Shown piece by piece: positions 15,001 to 28,672 of a stretch of 64,000 nt of DNA. Below the pieces are notes generated by a model. That model was not told the origin of the DNA, searched no databases, and worked only from the letters and a program-made list of their open reading frames with translations. The stretch is from assembly GCA_046563655.1 (NCBI GenBank), contig JAJCTO010000009.1:1240001-1304000 (forward strand), in the 5' to 3' direction. The position numbers were made by a program, and so were the translations under genes. The first letter of the stretch is position 1. The number at the start of each line of letters is the position of its first letter. Source of the stretch: Yuukianura sp. NJ FZ-2021 (lineage: Eukaryota).

Positions 15001-18000
15001 CAAAAGTCCGAAATTGTATTTTAGCACAGCTCCACCATACCACAAGTGCATAAGTCTAACTACGATTTAGGTTTAACTTAGGGTTGAAACTATACAACAA
15101 GGTGTTAAACGTTGTGAAAAATGGAATTTATGCGTTTTTACCGCTTATACAAAAATTCTTGGTATTCATCAAATAACGGTCCACTTCGTCGTAGTGCATA
15201 ACTGACTAAATCACACGTTGAAAAACATGTTGTCAGCCTCCATCCTTGAGCTTAAACTAGAAGTGCCGGTGAAGTGTCAAGCATGCCTTCACTTTAGATG
15301 CAAACCATGAGTTCTCATATTGACACCATGAATCATGATGACTCACACTTCGATGGAACTTCAGGGAAAAACCGACTATTACATTTTCTAAATCAAAATT
15401 GAACATTCAGCATTTTTGGCCATTTTTGGATAGAATTTTTGGAAAATACTTTTTTATATTTCCTACCAACTTGCACATTAAATAGATCATGTCTGAAAAC
15501 TTCTGCCAAACAAAAGTCCGAAATTGTATTTTAGCACAGCTCCACCATACCACAAGTGCATAAGTCTAACTACGATTTAGGTTTAACTTAGGGTTGAAAC
15601 TATACAACAAGGTGTTAAACGTTGTGAAAAATGGAATTTATGCGTTTTTACCGCTTATACAAAAATTCTTGGTATTCATCAAATAACGGTCCACTTCGTC
15701 GTAGTGCATAACTGACTAAATCACACGTTGAAAAACATGTTGTCAGCGTCCATCCTTGAGCTCAAACTAGAAGTGCCGGTGAAGTGTCAAGCATGCCTTC
15801 ACTTCAGATGCAACCCATGAGTTTTCACTTTGACATCATAAATCATGACAACTCACACTTCAACCGAACTTCAGGGAAAAACCGACTATTACATTTTCTA
15901 AATCAAAATTGAACATTCAGCATTTTTGGCCATTTCTGGATACAATTTTTGGAAAATACTTTTTTATATTTCCTACCAACTTGCACATTAAATAGATCAT
16001 GGCTGAAAACTTCTGCCCAACAATAGTCCGAAATTGTATTTTAGCCCAGCTCCACCATATCACAAGTGCATAAGTCTAACTACGATTTAGGTTTAACTTA
16101 GGGTTGAAACTATACAACAAGGTGTTAAACGTTGTGAAAAATGGAATTTATGCCTTGTTACCGCTCATACCAAAATTCTTGGTATTCATCAAATAACGGT
16201 CCACTTCGTCGTAGTGCATAACTGACTAAATCACACGTTGAAAAACATGTTGTCAGCCTCCATCCTTGAGCTTAAACTAGAAGTGCCGGTGAAGTGTCAA
16301 GCATGCCTTCACTTTAGATGCAAACCATGAGTTCTCATATTGACACCATGAATCATGATAACTCACACTTCGATGGAACTTCAGGGAAAAACCGACTATT
16401 ACATTTTCTAAATCAAAATTGAACATTCAGCATTTTTGGCCATTTTTGGATAGAATTTTTGGAAAATACTTTTTTATATTTCCTACCAACTTGCACATTA
16501 AATAGATCATGTCTGAAAACTTCTGCCAAACAATAGTCCGAAATTGTATTTTAGCACAGCTCCACCATACCACAAGTGCATAAGTCTAACTACGATTTAG
16601 GTTTAACTTAGGGTTGAAACTATACAACAAGGTGTTAAACGTTGTGAAAAATGGAATTTATGCGTTTTTACCGCTTATACAAAAATTCTTGGTATTCATC
16701 AAATAACGGTCCACTTCGTCGTAGTGCATAACTGACTAAATCACACGTTGAAAAACATGTTGTCAGCCTCCATCCTTGAGCTTAAACTAGAAGTGCCGGT
16801 GAAGTGTCAAGCATGCCTTCACTTTAGATGCAAACCATGAGTTCTCATATTGACACCATGAATCATGATGACTCACACTTCGATGGAACTTCAGGGAAAA
16901 ACCGACTATTACATTTTCTAAATCAAAATTGAACATTCAGCATTTTTGGCCATTTTTGGATAGAATTTTTGGAAAATACTTTTTTATATTTTCTACCAAC
17001 TTGCACATTAAATAGATCATGTCTGAAAACTTCTGCCAAACAAAAGTCCGAAATTGTATTTTAGCACAGCTCCACCATACCACAAGTGCATAAGTCTAAC
17101 TACGATTTAGGTTTAACTTAGGGTTGAAACTATACAACAAGGTGTTAAACGTTGTGAAAAATGGAATTTATGCGTTTTTACCGCTTATACAAAAATTCTT
17201 GGTATTCATCAAATAACGGTCCACTTCGTCGTAGTGCATAACTGACTAAATCACACGTTGAAAAACATGTTGTCAGCCTCCATCCTTGAGCTTAAACTAG
17301 AAGTGCCGGTAAAGTGTCAAGCATGCCTTCACTTTAGATGCAAACGATGAGTTCTCATTTTGACACCATGAATCATGACAACTCACACTTCAATCGAACT
17401 TCAGGGAAAAACCGACTATTACATTTTCTAAATCAAAATTGAACATTCAGCATTTTTGGCCATTTTTGGATAGAATTTTTGGAAAATACTTTTTTATATT
17501 TTCTACCGACTTGCACATTAAATAGATCATGTCTGAAAACTTCTGCCAAACAAAAGTCCGAAATTGTATTTTAGCACAGCTCCACCATACCACAAGTGCA
17601 TAAGTCTAACTACGATTTAGGTTTAACTTAGGGTTGAAACTATACAACAAGGTGTTAAACGTTGTGAAAAATGGAATTTATGCGTTTTTACCGCTTATAC
17701 AAAAATTCTTGGTATTCATCAAATAACGGTCCACTTTGTCGTAGTGCATAACTGACTAAATCACACGTTGAAAAACATGTTGTCAGCCTCCATCCTTGAG
17801 CTTAAACTAGAAGTGCCGGTGAAGTGTCAAGCATGCCTTCACTTTAGATGCAAACCATGAGTTCTCATATTGACACCATGAATCATGATGACTCACACTT
17901 CGATGGAACTTCAGGGAAAAACCGACTATTACATTTTCTAAATCAAAATTGAACATTCAGCATTTTTGGCCATTTTTGGATAGAATTTTTGGAAAATACT

Positions 18001-21000
18001 TTTTTATATTTTCTACCGACTTGCACATTAAATAGATCATGTCTGAAAACTTCTGCCAAACAAAAGTCCGAAATTGTATTTTAGCACAGCTCCACCATAC
18101 CACAAGTGCATAAGTCTAACTACGATTTAGGTTTAACTTAGGGTTGAAACTATACAACAAGGTGTTAAACGTTGTGAAAAATGGAATTTATGCGTTTTTA
18201 CCGCTTATACAAAAATTCTTGGTATTCATCAAATAACGGTCCACTTCGTCGTAGTGCATAACTGACTAAATCACACGTTGAAAAACATGTTGTCAGCCTC
18301 CATCCTTGAGCTTAAACTAGAAGTGCCGGTGAAGTGTCAAGCATGCCTTCACTTTAGATGCAAACGATGAGTTCTCATTTTGACACCATGAATCATGACA
18401 ACTCACACTTCGATGGAACTTCAGGGAAAAACCGACTATTACATTTTCTAAATCAAAATTGAACATTCAGCATTTTTGGCCATTTTTGGATAGAATTTTT
18501 GGAAAATTCTTTTTTATATTTCCTACCAACTTGCACATTAAATAGATCATGTCTGAAAACTTCTGCCAAACAAAAGTCCGAAATTGTATTTTAGCACAGC
18601 TCCACCATACCACAAGTGCATAAGTCTAACTACGATTTAGGTTTAACTTAGGGTTGAAACTATACAACAAGGTGTTAAACGTTGTGAAAAATGGAATTTA
18701 TGCGTTTTTACCGCTTATACAAAAATTCTTGGTATTCATCAAATAACGGTCCACTTCGTCGTAGTGCATAACTGACTAAATCACACGTTGAAAAACATGT
18801 TGTCAGCCTCCATCCTTGAGCTTAAACTAGAAGTGCCGGTGAAGTGTCAAGCATGCCTTCACTTTAGATGCAAACCATGAGTTCTCATATTGACACCATG
18901 AATCATGATGACTCACACTTCGATGGAACTTCAGGGAAAAACCGACTATTACATTTTCTAAATCAAAATTGAACATTCAGCATTTTTGGCCATTTTTGGA
19001 TAGAATTTTTGGAAAATTCTTTTTTATATTTCCTACCAACTTGCACATTAAATAGATCATGTCTGAAAACTTCTGCCCAACAACAGTCCGAAATTGTATT
19101 TTAGCACAGCTCCACCATACCACAAGTGCATAAGTCTAACTACGATTTAGGTTTAACTTAGGGTTGAAACTATACAACAAGGTGTTAAACGTTGTGAAAA
19201 ATGGAATTTATGCGTTTTTACCGCTTATACAAAAATTCTTGGTATTCATCAAATAACGGTCCACTTCGTCGTAGTGCATAACTGACTAAATCACACGTTG
19301 AAAAACATGTTGTCAGCCTCCATCCTTGAGCTTAAACTAGAAGTGCCGGTAAAGTGTCAAGCATGCCTTCACTTTAGATGCAAACGATGAGTTCTCATTT
19401 TGACACCATGAATCATGACAACTCACACTTCAACCGAACTTCAGGGAAAAACCGACTATTACATTTTCTAAATCAAAATTGAACATTCAGCATTTTTGGC
19501 CATTTCTGGATACAATTTTTGGAAAATACTTTTTTATATTTCCTACCAACTTGCACATTAAATAGATCATGTCTGAAAACTTCTGCCCAACAACAGTCCG
19601 AAATTGTATTTTAGCACAGCTCCACCATACCACAAGTGCATAAGTCTAACTACGATTTAGGTTTAACTTAGGGTTGAAACTATACAACAAGGTGTTAAAC
19701 GTTGTGAAAAATGGAATTTATGCGTTTTTACCGCTTATACAAAAATTCTTGGTATTCATCAAATAACGGTCCACTTCGTCGTAGTGCATAACTGACTAAA
19801 TCACACGTTGAAAAACATGTTGTCAGCCTCCATCCTTGAGCTTAAACTAGAAGTGCCGGTGAAGTGTCAAGCATGCCTTCACTTTAGATGCAAACCATGA
19901 GTTCTCATATTGACACCATGAATCATGATGACTCACACTTCGATGGAACTTCAGGGAAAAACCGACTATTACATTTTCTAAATCAAAATTGAACATTCAG
20001 CATTTTTGGCCATTTTTGGATAGAATTTTTGGAAAATACTTTTTTATATTTTCTACCAACTTGCACATTAAATAGATCATGTCTGAAAACTTCTGCCAAA
20101 CAAAAGTCCGAAATTGTATTTTAGCACAGCTCCACCATACCACAAGTGCATAAGTCTAACTACGATTTAGGTTTAACTTAGGGTTGAAACTATACAACAA
20201 GGTGTTAAACGTTGTGAAAAATGGAATTTATGCGTTTTTACCGCTTATACAAAAATTCTTGGTATTCATCAAATAACGGTCCACTTCGTCGTAGTGCATA
20301 ACTGACTAAATCACACGTTGAAAAACATGTTGTCAGCCTCCATCCTTGAGCTTAAACTAGAAGTGCCGGTAAAGTGTCAAGCATGCCTTCACTTTAGATG
20401 CAAACGATGAGTTCTCATTTTGACACCATGAATCATGACAACTCACACTTCAATCGAACTTCAGGGAAAAACCGACTATTACATTTTCTAAATCAAAATT
20501 GAACATTCAGCATTTTTGGCCATTTTTGGATAGAATTTTTGGAAAATACTTTTTTATATTTTCTACCGACTTGCACATTAAATAGATCATGTCTGAAAAC
20601 TTCTGCCAAACAATAGTCCGAAATTGTATTTTAGCACAGCTCCACCATACCACAAGTGCATAAGTCTAACTACGATTTAGGTTTAACTTAGGGTTGAAAC
20701 TATACAACAAGGTGTTAAACGTTGTGAAAAATGGAATTTATGCGTTTTTACCGCTTATACAAAAATTCTTGGTATTCATCAAATAACGGTCCACTTTGTC
20801 GTAGTGCATAACTGACTAAATCACACGTTGAAAAACATGTTGTCAGCCTCCATCCTTGAGCTTAAACTAGAAGTGCCGGTGAAGTGTCAAGCATGCCTTC
20901 ACTTTAGATGCAAACGATGAGTTCTCATTTTTACACCATGAATCATGATGACTCACACTTCGATGGAACTTCAGGGAAAAACCGACTATTACATTTTCTA

Positions 21001-24000
21001 AATCAAAATTGAACATTCAGCATTTTTGGCCATTTTTGGATAGAATTTTTGGAAAATACTTTTTTATATTTCCTACCAACTTGCACATTAAATAGATCAT
21101 GTCTGAAAACTTCTGCCAAACAAAAGTCCGAAATTGTATTTTAGCACAGCTCCACCATACCACAAGTGCATAAGTCTAACTACGATTTAGGTTTAACTTA
21201 GGGTTGAAACTATACAACAAGGTGTTAAACGTTGTGAAAAATGGAATTTATGCGTTTTTACCGCTTATACAAAAATTCTTGGTATTCATCAAATAACGGT
21301 CCACTTCGTCGTAGTGCATAACTGACTAAATCACACGTTGAAAAACATGTTGTCAGCCTCCATCCTTGAGCTTAAACTAGAAGTGCCGGTGAAGTGTCAA
21401 GCATGCCTTCACTTTAGATGCAAACCATGAGTTCTCATATTGACACCATGAATCATGACAACTCACACTTCGATGGAACTTCAGGGAAAAACCGACTATT
21501 ACATTTTCTAAATCAAAATTGAACATTCAGCATTTTTGGCCATTTTTGGATAAAATTTTTGGAAAATACTTTTTAATATTTTCTACCGACTTGCACATTA
21601 AATAGATCATGTCTGAAAACTTCTGCCCAACAATAGTCCGAAATTGTATTTTAGCACAGCTCCACCATACCACAAGTGCATAAGTCTAACTACGATTTAG
21701 GTTTAACTTAGGGTTGAAACTATACAACAAGGTGTTAAACGTTCTGAAAAATGGAATTTATGCCTTGTTACCGCTTATACAAAAATTCTTGGTATTCATC
21801 AAATAACGGTCCACTTCGTCGTAATGCATAACTGACTAAATCACACGTTGAAAAACATGTTGTCAGCGTCCATCCTTGAGCTCAAGCTAGAAGTGCCGGT
21901 AAAGTGTCAAGCATGCCTTCACTTTAGATGCAGCCCATGAGTTTTCACTTTGACACCATAAATCATGGTAACTCACACGTCGATGGAACTTCTGGGAAAA
22001 ACCGACTATTACATTTTCTAAATCAAAATTGAACATTCAGCATTTTTGGCCATTTCTGGATACAATTTTTGGAAAATACTTTTTTATATTTCCTACCAAC
22101 TTGCACATTAAATAGATCATGTCTGAAAACTTCTGCCCAACAATAGTCCGAAATTGTATTTTAGCACAGCTCCACCATACCACAAGTGCATAAGTCTAAC
22201 TACGATTTAGGTTTAACTTAGGGTTGAAACTATACAACAAGGTGTTAAACGTTGTGAAAAATGGAACTTATGCCTTGTTACCGCTCATACCAAAATTCTT
22301 GGTATTCATCAAATAACGGTCCACTTCGTCGTAATGCATAACTGACTAAATCACACGTTGAAAAACATGTTGTCAGCGTCCATCCTTGAGCTCAAACTAG
22401 AAGTGCCGGTGAAGTGTCAAGCATGCCTTCACTTCAGATGCAACCCATGAGTTTTCACTTTGACACCATAAATCATGATAACTCACACGTCGATGGAACT
22501 TCTGGGAAAAACCGACCCTTACATTTTCTAAATCAAAATTGAACATTCAGCATTTTTGGCCATTTTTGGATAAAATTTTTGGAAAATACTTTTTAATATT
22601 TTCTACCGACTTGCACATTAAATAGATCATGTCTGAAAACTTCTGCCCAACAATAGTCCGAAATTGTATTTTAGCACAGCTCCACCATACCACAAGTGCA
22701 TAAGTCTAACTACGATTTAGGTTTAACTTAGGGTTGAAACTATACAACAAGGTGTTAAACGTTCTGAAAAATGGAATTTATGCCTTTTTACCGCTCATAC
22801 CAAAATTCTTGGTATTCATCAAATAACGGTCCACTTCGTCGTAGTGCATAACTGACTAAATCACACGTTGAAAAACATGTTGTCAGCCTCCATCCTTGAG
22901 CTCAAACTAGAAGTGCCGGTAAAGTGTTAAGCATGCCTTCACTTTAGATGCAAACGATGAGTTCTCATTTTGACACCATGAATCATGACAACTCACACTT
23001 CAATTGAACTTCAGTGAAAAACAGACTATTACATTTTCTAAATCAAAATTGAACATTCAGCATTTTTGGCCATTTTTGGATAAAATTTATGAAAATTACT
23101 TTTTTATATTTCCTACCGCCTTGCACATTAAATAGATCATGTCTGAAAACTTCTGCCCAACAATAGTCCGAAATTGTATTTTAGCACAGCTCCACCATAC
23201 CATAAGTGCATAAGTCTAACTACGATTTAGGTTTAACTTAGGGTTGAAACTATACAACAAGGTGTTAAACGTTCTGAAAAATGGAATTTATGCCTTTTTA
23301 CCGCTTATACAAAAATTCTTGGTATTCATCAAATAACGGTCCACTTCGTCGTAGTGCATAACTGACTAAATCACACGTTGAAAAACATGTTGTCAGCCTC
23401 CATCCTTGAGCTTAAACTAGAAGTGCCGGTAAAGTGTCAAGCATGCCTTCACTTTAGATGCAAACGATGAGTTCTCATTTTGACACCATGAATCATGACA
23501 ACTCACACTTCAATCGAACTTCAGGGAAAAACCGACTATTACATTTTCTAAATCAAAATTGAACATTCAGCATTTTTGGCCATTTTTGGATAAAATTTTT
23601 GGAAAATACTTTTTAATATTTTCTACCGACTTGCACATTAAATAGATCATGTCTGAAAACTTCTGCCCAACAATAGTCCGAAATTGTATTTTAGCACAGC
23701 TCCACCATACCACAAGTGCATAAGTCTAACTACGATTTAGGTTTAACTTAGGGTTGAAACTATACAACAAGGTGTCAAACGTTGTGAAAAATGGAACTTA
23801 TGCCTTGTTACCGCTTATACAAAAATTCTTGGTATTCATCAAATAACGGTCCACTTCGTCGTAATGCATAACTGACTAAATCACACGTTGAAAAACATGT
23901 TGTCAGCGTCCATCCTTGAGCTCAAACTAGAAGTGCCGGTAAAGTGTCAAGCATGCCTTCACTTCAGATGCAACCCATGAGTTTTCACTTTGACATCATA

Positions 24001-25534
24001 AATCATGGTAACTCACACGTCGATGGAACTTCTGGGAAAAACCGACCCTTACATTTTCTAAATCAAAATTGAACATTCAGCATTTTTGGCCATTTCTGGA
24101 TACAATTTTTGGAAAATACTTTTTTATATTTCCTACCAACTTGCACATTAAATAGATCATGTCTGAAAACTTCTGCCCAACAATAGTCCGAAATTGTATT
24201 TTAGCACAGCTCCACCATATCACAAGTGCATAAGTCTAACTACGATTTAGGTTAAACTTAGGGTTGAAACTATACAACAAGGTGTTAAACGTTGTGAAAA
24301 ATGGAACTTATGCCTTGTTACCGCTCATAACAAAATTCTTGGTATTCATCAAATAACGGTCCACTTCGTCGTAATGCATAACTGACTAAATCACACGTTG
24401 AAAAACATGTTGTCAGCGTCCATCCTTGAGCTCAAACTAGAAGTGCCGGTGAAGTGTCAAGCATGCCTTCACTTCAGATGCAACCCATGAGTTTTCACTT
24501 TGACACCATAAATCATGATAACTCACACGTCGATGGAACTTCTGGGAAAAACCGACCCTTACATTTTCTAAATCAAAATTGAACATTCAGCATTTTTGGC
24601 CATTTTTGGATAAAATTTTTGGAAAATACTTTTTAATATTTTCTACCGACTTGCACATTAAATAGATCATGTCTGAAAACTTCTGCCCAACAATAGTCCG
24701 AAATTGTATTTTAGCACAGCTCCACCATACCACAAGTGCATAAGTCTAACTATTTACGATTTAGGTTTAACTTAGGGTTGAAACTATACAACAAGGTGTC
24801 AAACGTTGTGAAAAATGGAATTTATGCCTTGTTACCGCTTATACAAAAATTCTTGGTATTCATCAAATAACGGTCCACTTCGTCGTACTGCATAACTGAC
24901 TAAATCACACGTTGAAAAACATGTTGTCAGCGTCCATCCTTGAGCTCAAGCTAGAAGTGCCGGTAAAGTGTCAAGCATGCCTTCACTTCAGATGCAACCC
25001 ATGAGTTTTCACTTTGACATCATAAATCATGGTAACTCACACGTCGATGGAACTTCTGGGAAAAACCGACCCTTACATTTTCTAAATCAAAAATGAACAT
25101 TCAGCATTTTTGGCCATTTCTGGATACAATTTTTGGAAAATACTTTTTTATATTTCCTACCAACTTGCACATTAAATAGATCATGGCTGAAAACTTCTGC
25201 CCAACAATAGTCCGAAATTGTATTTTAGCCCAGCTCCACCATATCACAAGTGCATAAGTCTAACTACGATTTAGGTTAAACTTAGGGTTGAAACTATACA
25301 ACAAGGTGTTAAACGTTGTGAAAAATGGAACTTATGCCTTGTTACCGTTCATAACAAAATTCTTGGTATTCATCAAATAACGGTCCACTTCGTCGTAATG
25401 CATAACTGACTAAATCACACGTTGAAAAACATGTTGTCAGCGTCCATCCTTGAGCTCAAACTAGAAGTGCCGGTAAAGTGTCAAGCATGCCTTCACTTTA
25501 GATGCAAACGATGAGTTCTCATTTTGACACCATG
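1..25534. repeat. 510-bp satellite DNA array, block 1 (~50 monomers)
   Basis: Landmark TAGTCCGAAATTG recurs every 510 bp (e.g. 1462, 1972), with occasional small indels and 276-bp truncated monomers. Monomers differ mainly at a shared set of variant sites. Confidence 0.99.
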
Positions 25535-26723
25535 AGCTATACTGGGTGGTAGGGGAATGGCACTTTTTTCAAAATGGCCGCCGTCCTTATCAGCTATTGC
25601 ATCTGCATAAAACGTTTTTTGCTCATGCGCAAAAACGTTTTGCACATGACGTCATCCCCCCCCTCTTCCGCACCCCCCACACCCCCTCCCCCCACTATAT
25701 ATCCCTTCCCCCTATATCCACCCCCCCCCACGTGACCCCGCCCCCCCTTACAAAAAAAAATACAACAATAGAAATTTTGGCAACAATGTAAATTTGACAA
25801 CAATGGATTTTTTTTTGAAATTTTCAAGTAAAAAATATTTTGAAAAAAAAAATAATTTTTTTGAAATTTTAAAATTGAAAAAAAAATTAAATTGAAAATT
25901 CAAATTTCTAAAAAACAAAAAGCAACTTTCCCCAGATTACCCCAACTTTAAATGTCAAGGTCACGCACACTTTTTCAAGGTCACTCCAATTTTTTTTTCA
26001 AGGTCATGCGCGCCATTTGCATTGGCATGTGCATTTGCGTCAGGTCATGCGCGCTGATTTGCAATTTCGTGTAAATTGTTCAATGTCATTCAACTTTTTT
26101 CAAGGTCAAGCGAGCATTTTGAAATTGTCAAGTCCCGGGAGCCCTTTTCTGGGATCCCGGGACCAGGAAGATCAAGTATGGCCCATGGGCAGTATATTCG
26201 GCTGGTCAGAGGATTAGTGGGGTACCACTCGGCCACTGCCAAAAGAAACCGCAAACCACTTCCGGTTAACCTGTTGGAACAAACCGCAAACCACTTCCGG
26301 TCAACTTGCCCGCGCATATGCACGTACGAATCCATTTGAATTTTCACTTGTGTTTGCTAAAAACACCAAGGTCAAAGGTCAAGCCGAGTGACGCGCCACT
26401 GTCAGACGCTTCACTCGGCAATAGACCCGGTCACGCTCGGGGGCGTGGCTAGCCGCCCGACTCGTGAGCCAATCAGTATTGAGCATTTCAAAAGTGGGCG
26501 TGGCTCGAGGAAATGGAGACATTTGATTGGTCGAGACTTGCCGCTACACCCGGGGGTGTGGCCAACTCTGGCCAATGTACGTTTGCAATTTCAAAAAGGG
26601 GCGTGGCCTCAGAAAATGGAGACATTTGATTGGTCGACAAAACTTGCCACACATTGGGCCCGCCCTCAAGCCATAGTGTTGTCATTTCCTGCTTAAACTC
26701 AGACAAGTCGCCCGGGCGGACTG
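25535..26723 (+). repeat. Left terminal inverted repeat of the capsid element
   Basis: Reverse complement of 30591-31770. Homology stops after GGGCGGACTG. Only a handful of substitutions and homopolymer-length differences are visible. Confidence 0.97.
25955..26640 (+). promoter_or_regulatory. Dense cluster of metazoan transcription-factor motifs in the TIR (enhancer/promoter-like)
   Basis: TCAAGGTCA occurs at 25955, 25975, 25998 and 26100, and a DR1 AGGTCAAAGGTCA at 26369-26381. AAACCGCAAACCACTTCCGGT (ETS core) is duplicated. GGGCGTGGC GC boxes and CCAAT/ATTGG boxes recur within a ~48-bp direct repeat (~26487 and ~26590). Confidence 0.55.
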
Positions 26724-26798
26724 GTTAGAGCCTCCACTTGGATTAGATCTGATGGTAGGATCCGTGAGTTCGATTCAATCTGCCCCCAAATAATTTTT
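26714..26798 (+). ncRNA. Candidate RNA polymerase III (tRNA-like/VA-like) small RNA
   Basis: 5' GGGCGGA can pair with TCTGCCC (26779-26785), enclosing 72 nt. It has an A-box-like TGGTTAGAGC, a consensus B box GTTCGATTC at 26768-26776 and a T5 at 26794-26798. It does not form a full cloverleaf. Confidence 0.4.
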
Positions 26799-27215
26799 AT
26801 GTTGTTCAAGCGTTTTCGGAACAATACAAACGCAGGCTTGGCGTTTGTCACTGGCATGCCCGAGTTACTTACGCTTACAACACTATGTTAAATTATATTA
26901 CGGAAACGTGTTTGGAGAAAAACGTACGGCATAAACCTGACTTTGAACAACCGTATAAAACAACCGGCAATTTGTGCCACCACCAACAGCTTTGCAGAAA
27001 ACCAAAACTGAATACAGTTTTTGTTTGTTTTTGTCCTTTTTTTCTCTTTTTTTCTCTTTTTTTTTTGGTTTTTTTTTTCGTTTTTTTACTTTTATTTATA
27101 AAAGACACCATGTTTTTTTTTGAATGAGGAGATTAGTTTATTTTTCAAATGTTGAAAAATTTACAACAAGAAAGACTTGAGACAGGGCTAATGAAGATTA
27201 AAAATAAAGTTATTT

Positions 27216-28527
27216 TTAAAAGAATATTTTTTTGTTGGATGCAAGTCCAGTAATTCTATTTCCATCAATTTGTAAAGTTTCGTCTTCGACTCCGATGATG
27301 AGAACCACCAAATCCTTCGTCGTCGGGGTTTCAAAATCAATTTCCAGCCCGTATTGTCCAGATCTGGTCGCATTGTACCCGTCAGTCCACAAATCCTGGA
27401 CGTCAAATGCAAAGATTGCATTTCCGTTTACAAACTTGTCGTAGGAAATGTCATTTCCTTCAGTCTGACGAGAAACCAACTTGCACAAATTGTGATAGGC
27501 AAGCATGTAATTTTTGTCTTTGAAAATCATTTCTTGATAGACCAACGGTTTTTGCTCAAATTTTAGCAACAGACGGCTAACACCGTGGGGTTTAAAGTTG
27601 AATGGCGACTTTTCAACTTTTATCTTCGTAAACTTCTAGTTCCAAAATGCCAACTAAAAGAAGTTTTGGGTGCATAGTACTGTGGTAGGCATTTGTCAAA
27701 TCAACCGAACTGAGGTTTTTCGACACATATTCTAAACGCATGTGGGCCTGATCGTATGAATAGTTGGCCACTTTGTTTTTTGCAAACCCTTGCCGGATCT
27801 GAGTCACTATTTTTTCGCTGGGATTCACCTGGCGAATATAATACTCGGCCGACTCGACTGTAATTTTGTATTTGGTGGTAGTGGCCGGTCCTCGCAAGCA
27901 AAAGGATGCATCGCTCTTTTTAATTTCAAAATAGAATTGAGTGTTGTGCGGGAATAACTTTTTGGTCGTAAATAGGCCGACAAACGGGCGACCAATCATT
28001 TCAAACGTTTGACTATTTTTTGCCAAGTTTAATCGCGCCTTGTAACTCGGGTTTGTGTCGTCGTAGGTGTCCATGACATCTCCGGCATAATAACCCACTT
28101 TTGACAATGTGCTGCATTTGGTTCCAATGCCGTTAAAGAGTTGAGTGAGCATCCAGGCTTCATACGAGTATGCTCGGTATCCTTGAGCAACTACTTGGCA
28201 ATTGTTGACCAAAACTTTGAAATCCTCAATGAACGCATGAAAAAATAAATTTTCAGGCGCAATTTGGTCTGCATCGGTGAGTGGCGTCCCATCACTTTTT
28301 TTAATTGAAAATACTAGTTTTAAAAAAGAATCCGACAGGTCCAAGTAACCATGTGCCGGCTGTTCCACTCGAAAGTAGATTGGATTAGGGTCTGTCGATG
28401 GTGAAAATGGTTTCACTACTAGATAATTGCCCAAAATGAACGACACATCCGTGGTTGGTTTTGAAAATAGGTCAAATTTGGCACTTGTGGTGACCAATTT
28501 CGAATTCACTGGCACATTAACCTCCAT
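27216..28527 (-). pseudogene. Polinton/Maverick major capsid protein (double jelly-roll, PY-like), ~436 aa, one +1 frameshift near 27618-27621
   Basis: N-terminal motifs are FDLFSKPTT, PIYFRV...YLDLSDSFL, DG.PL...IAPENLFFHAF and YSYEAW. The next frame continues with KSPFNF, AYHNL, GNDISYDKFVNGNAIFAFDV and GQYGLEIDF...LQIDGNR. Removing one A from GATAAAAGTT joins the two ORFs. ATG at 28527 is in AAAATGG context. Confidence 0.88.
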
Positions 28528-28672
28528 TTTAGCACAAAAACACGCACGAGATGTTGCTTTGACGGTTTCCAAATAACGACTGAGCACTATTTTCAAGGGT
28601 TAACGTGTAAACTTTGGGGTAGCACTGCGCACTAGACACGTGTTTACTCGTCGAAATTCAGACGCAGACTGA

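Noticed and set aside
25546..26706. ORFs inside the capsid-element TIRs and their mirrors at 30608-31759
   Set aside because: Mostly non-ATG starts, low complexity, frames differ between the two TIR copies, and no recognisable domains.
26714..26788. Bona fide tRNA gene
   Set aside because: D, anticodon and T stems do not pair canonically; kept only as a Pol III-like candidate.
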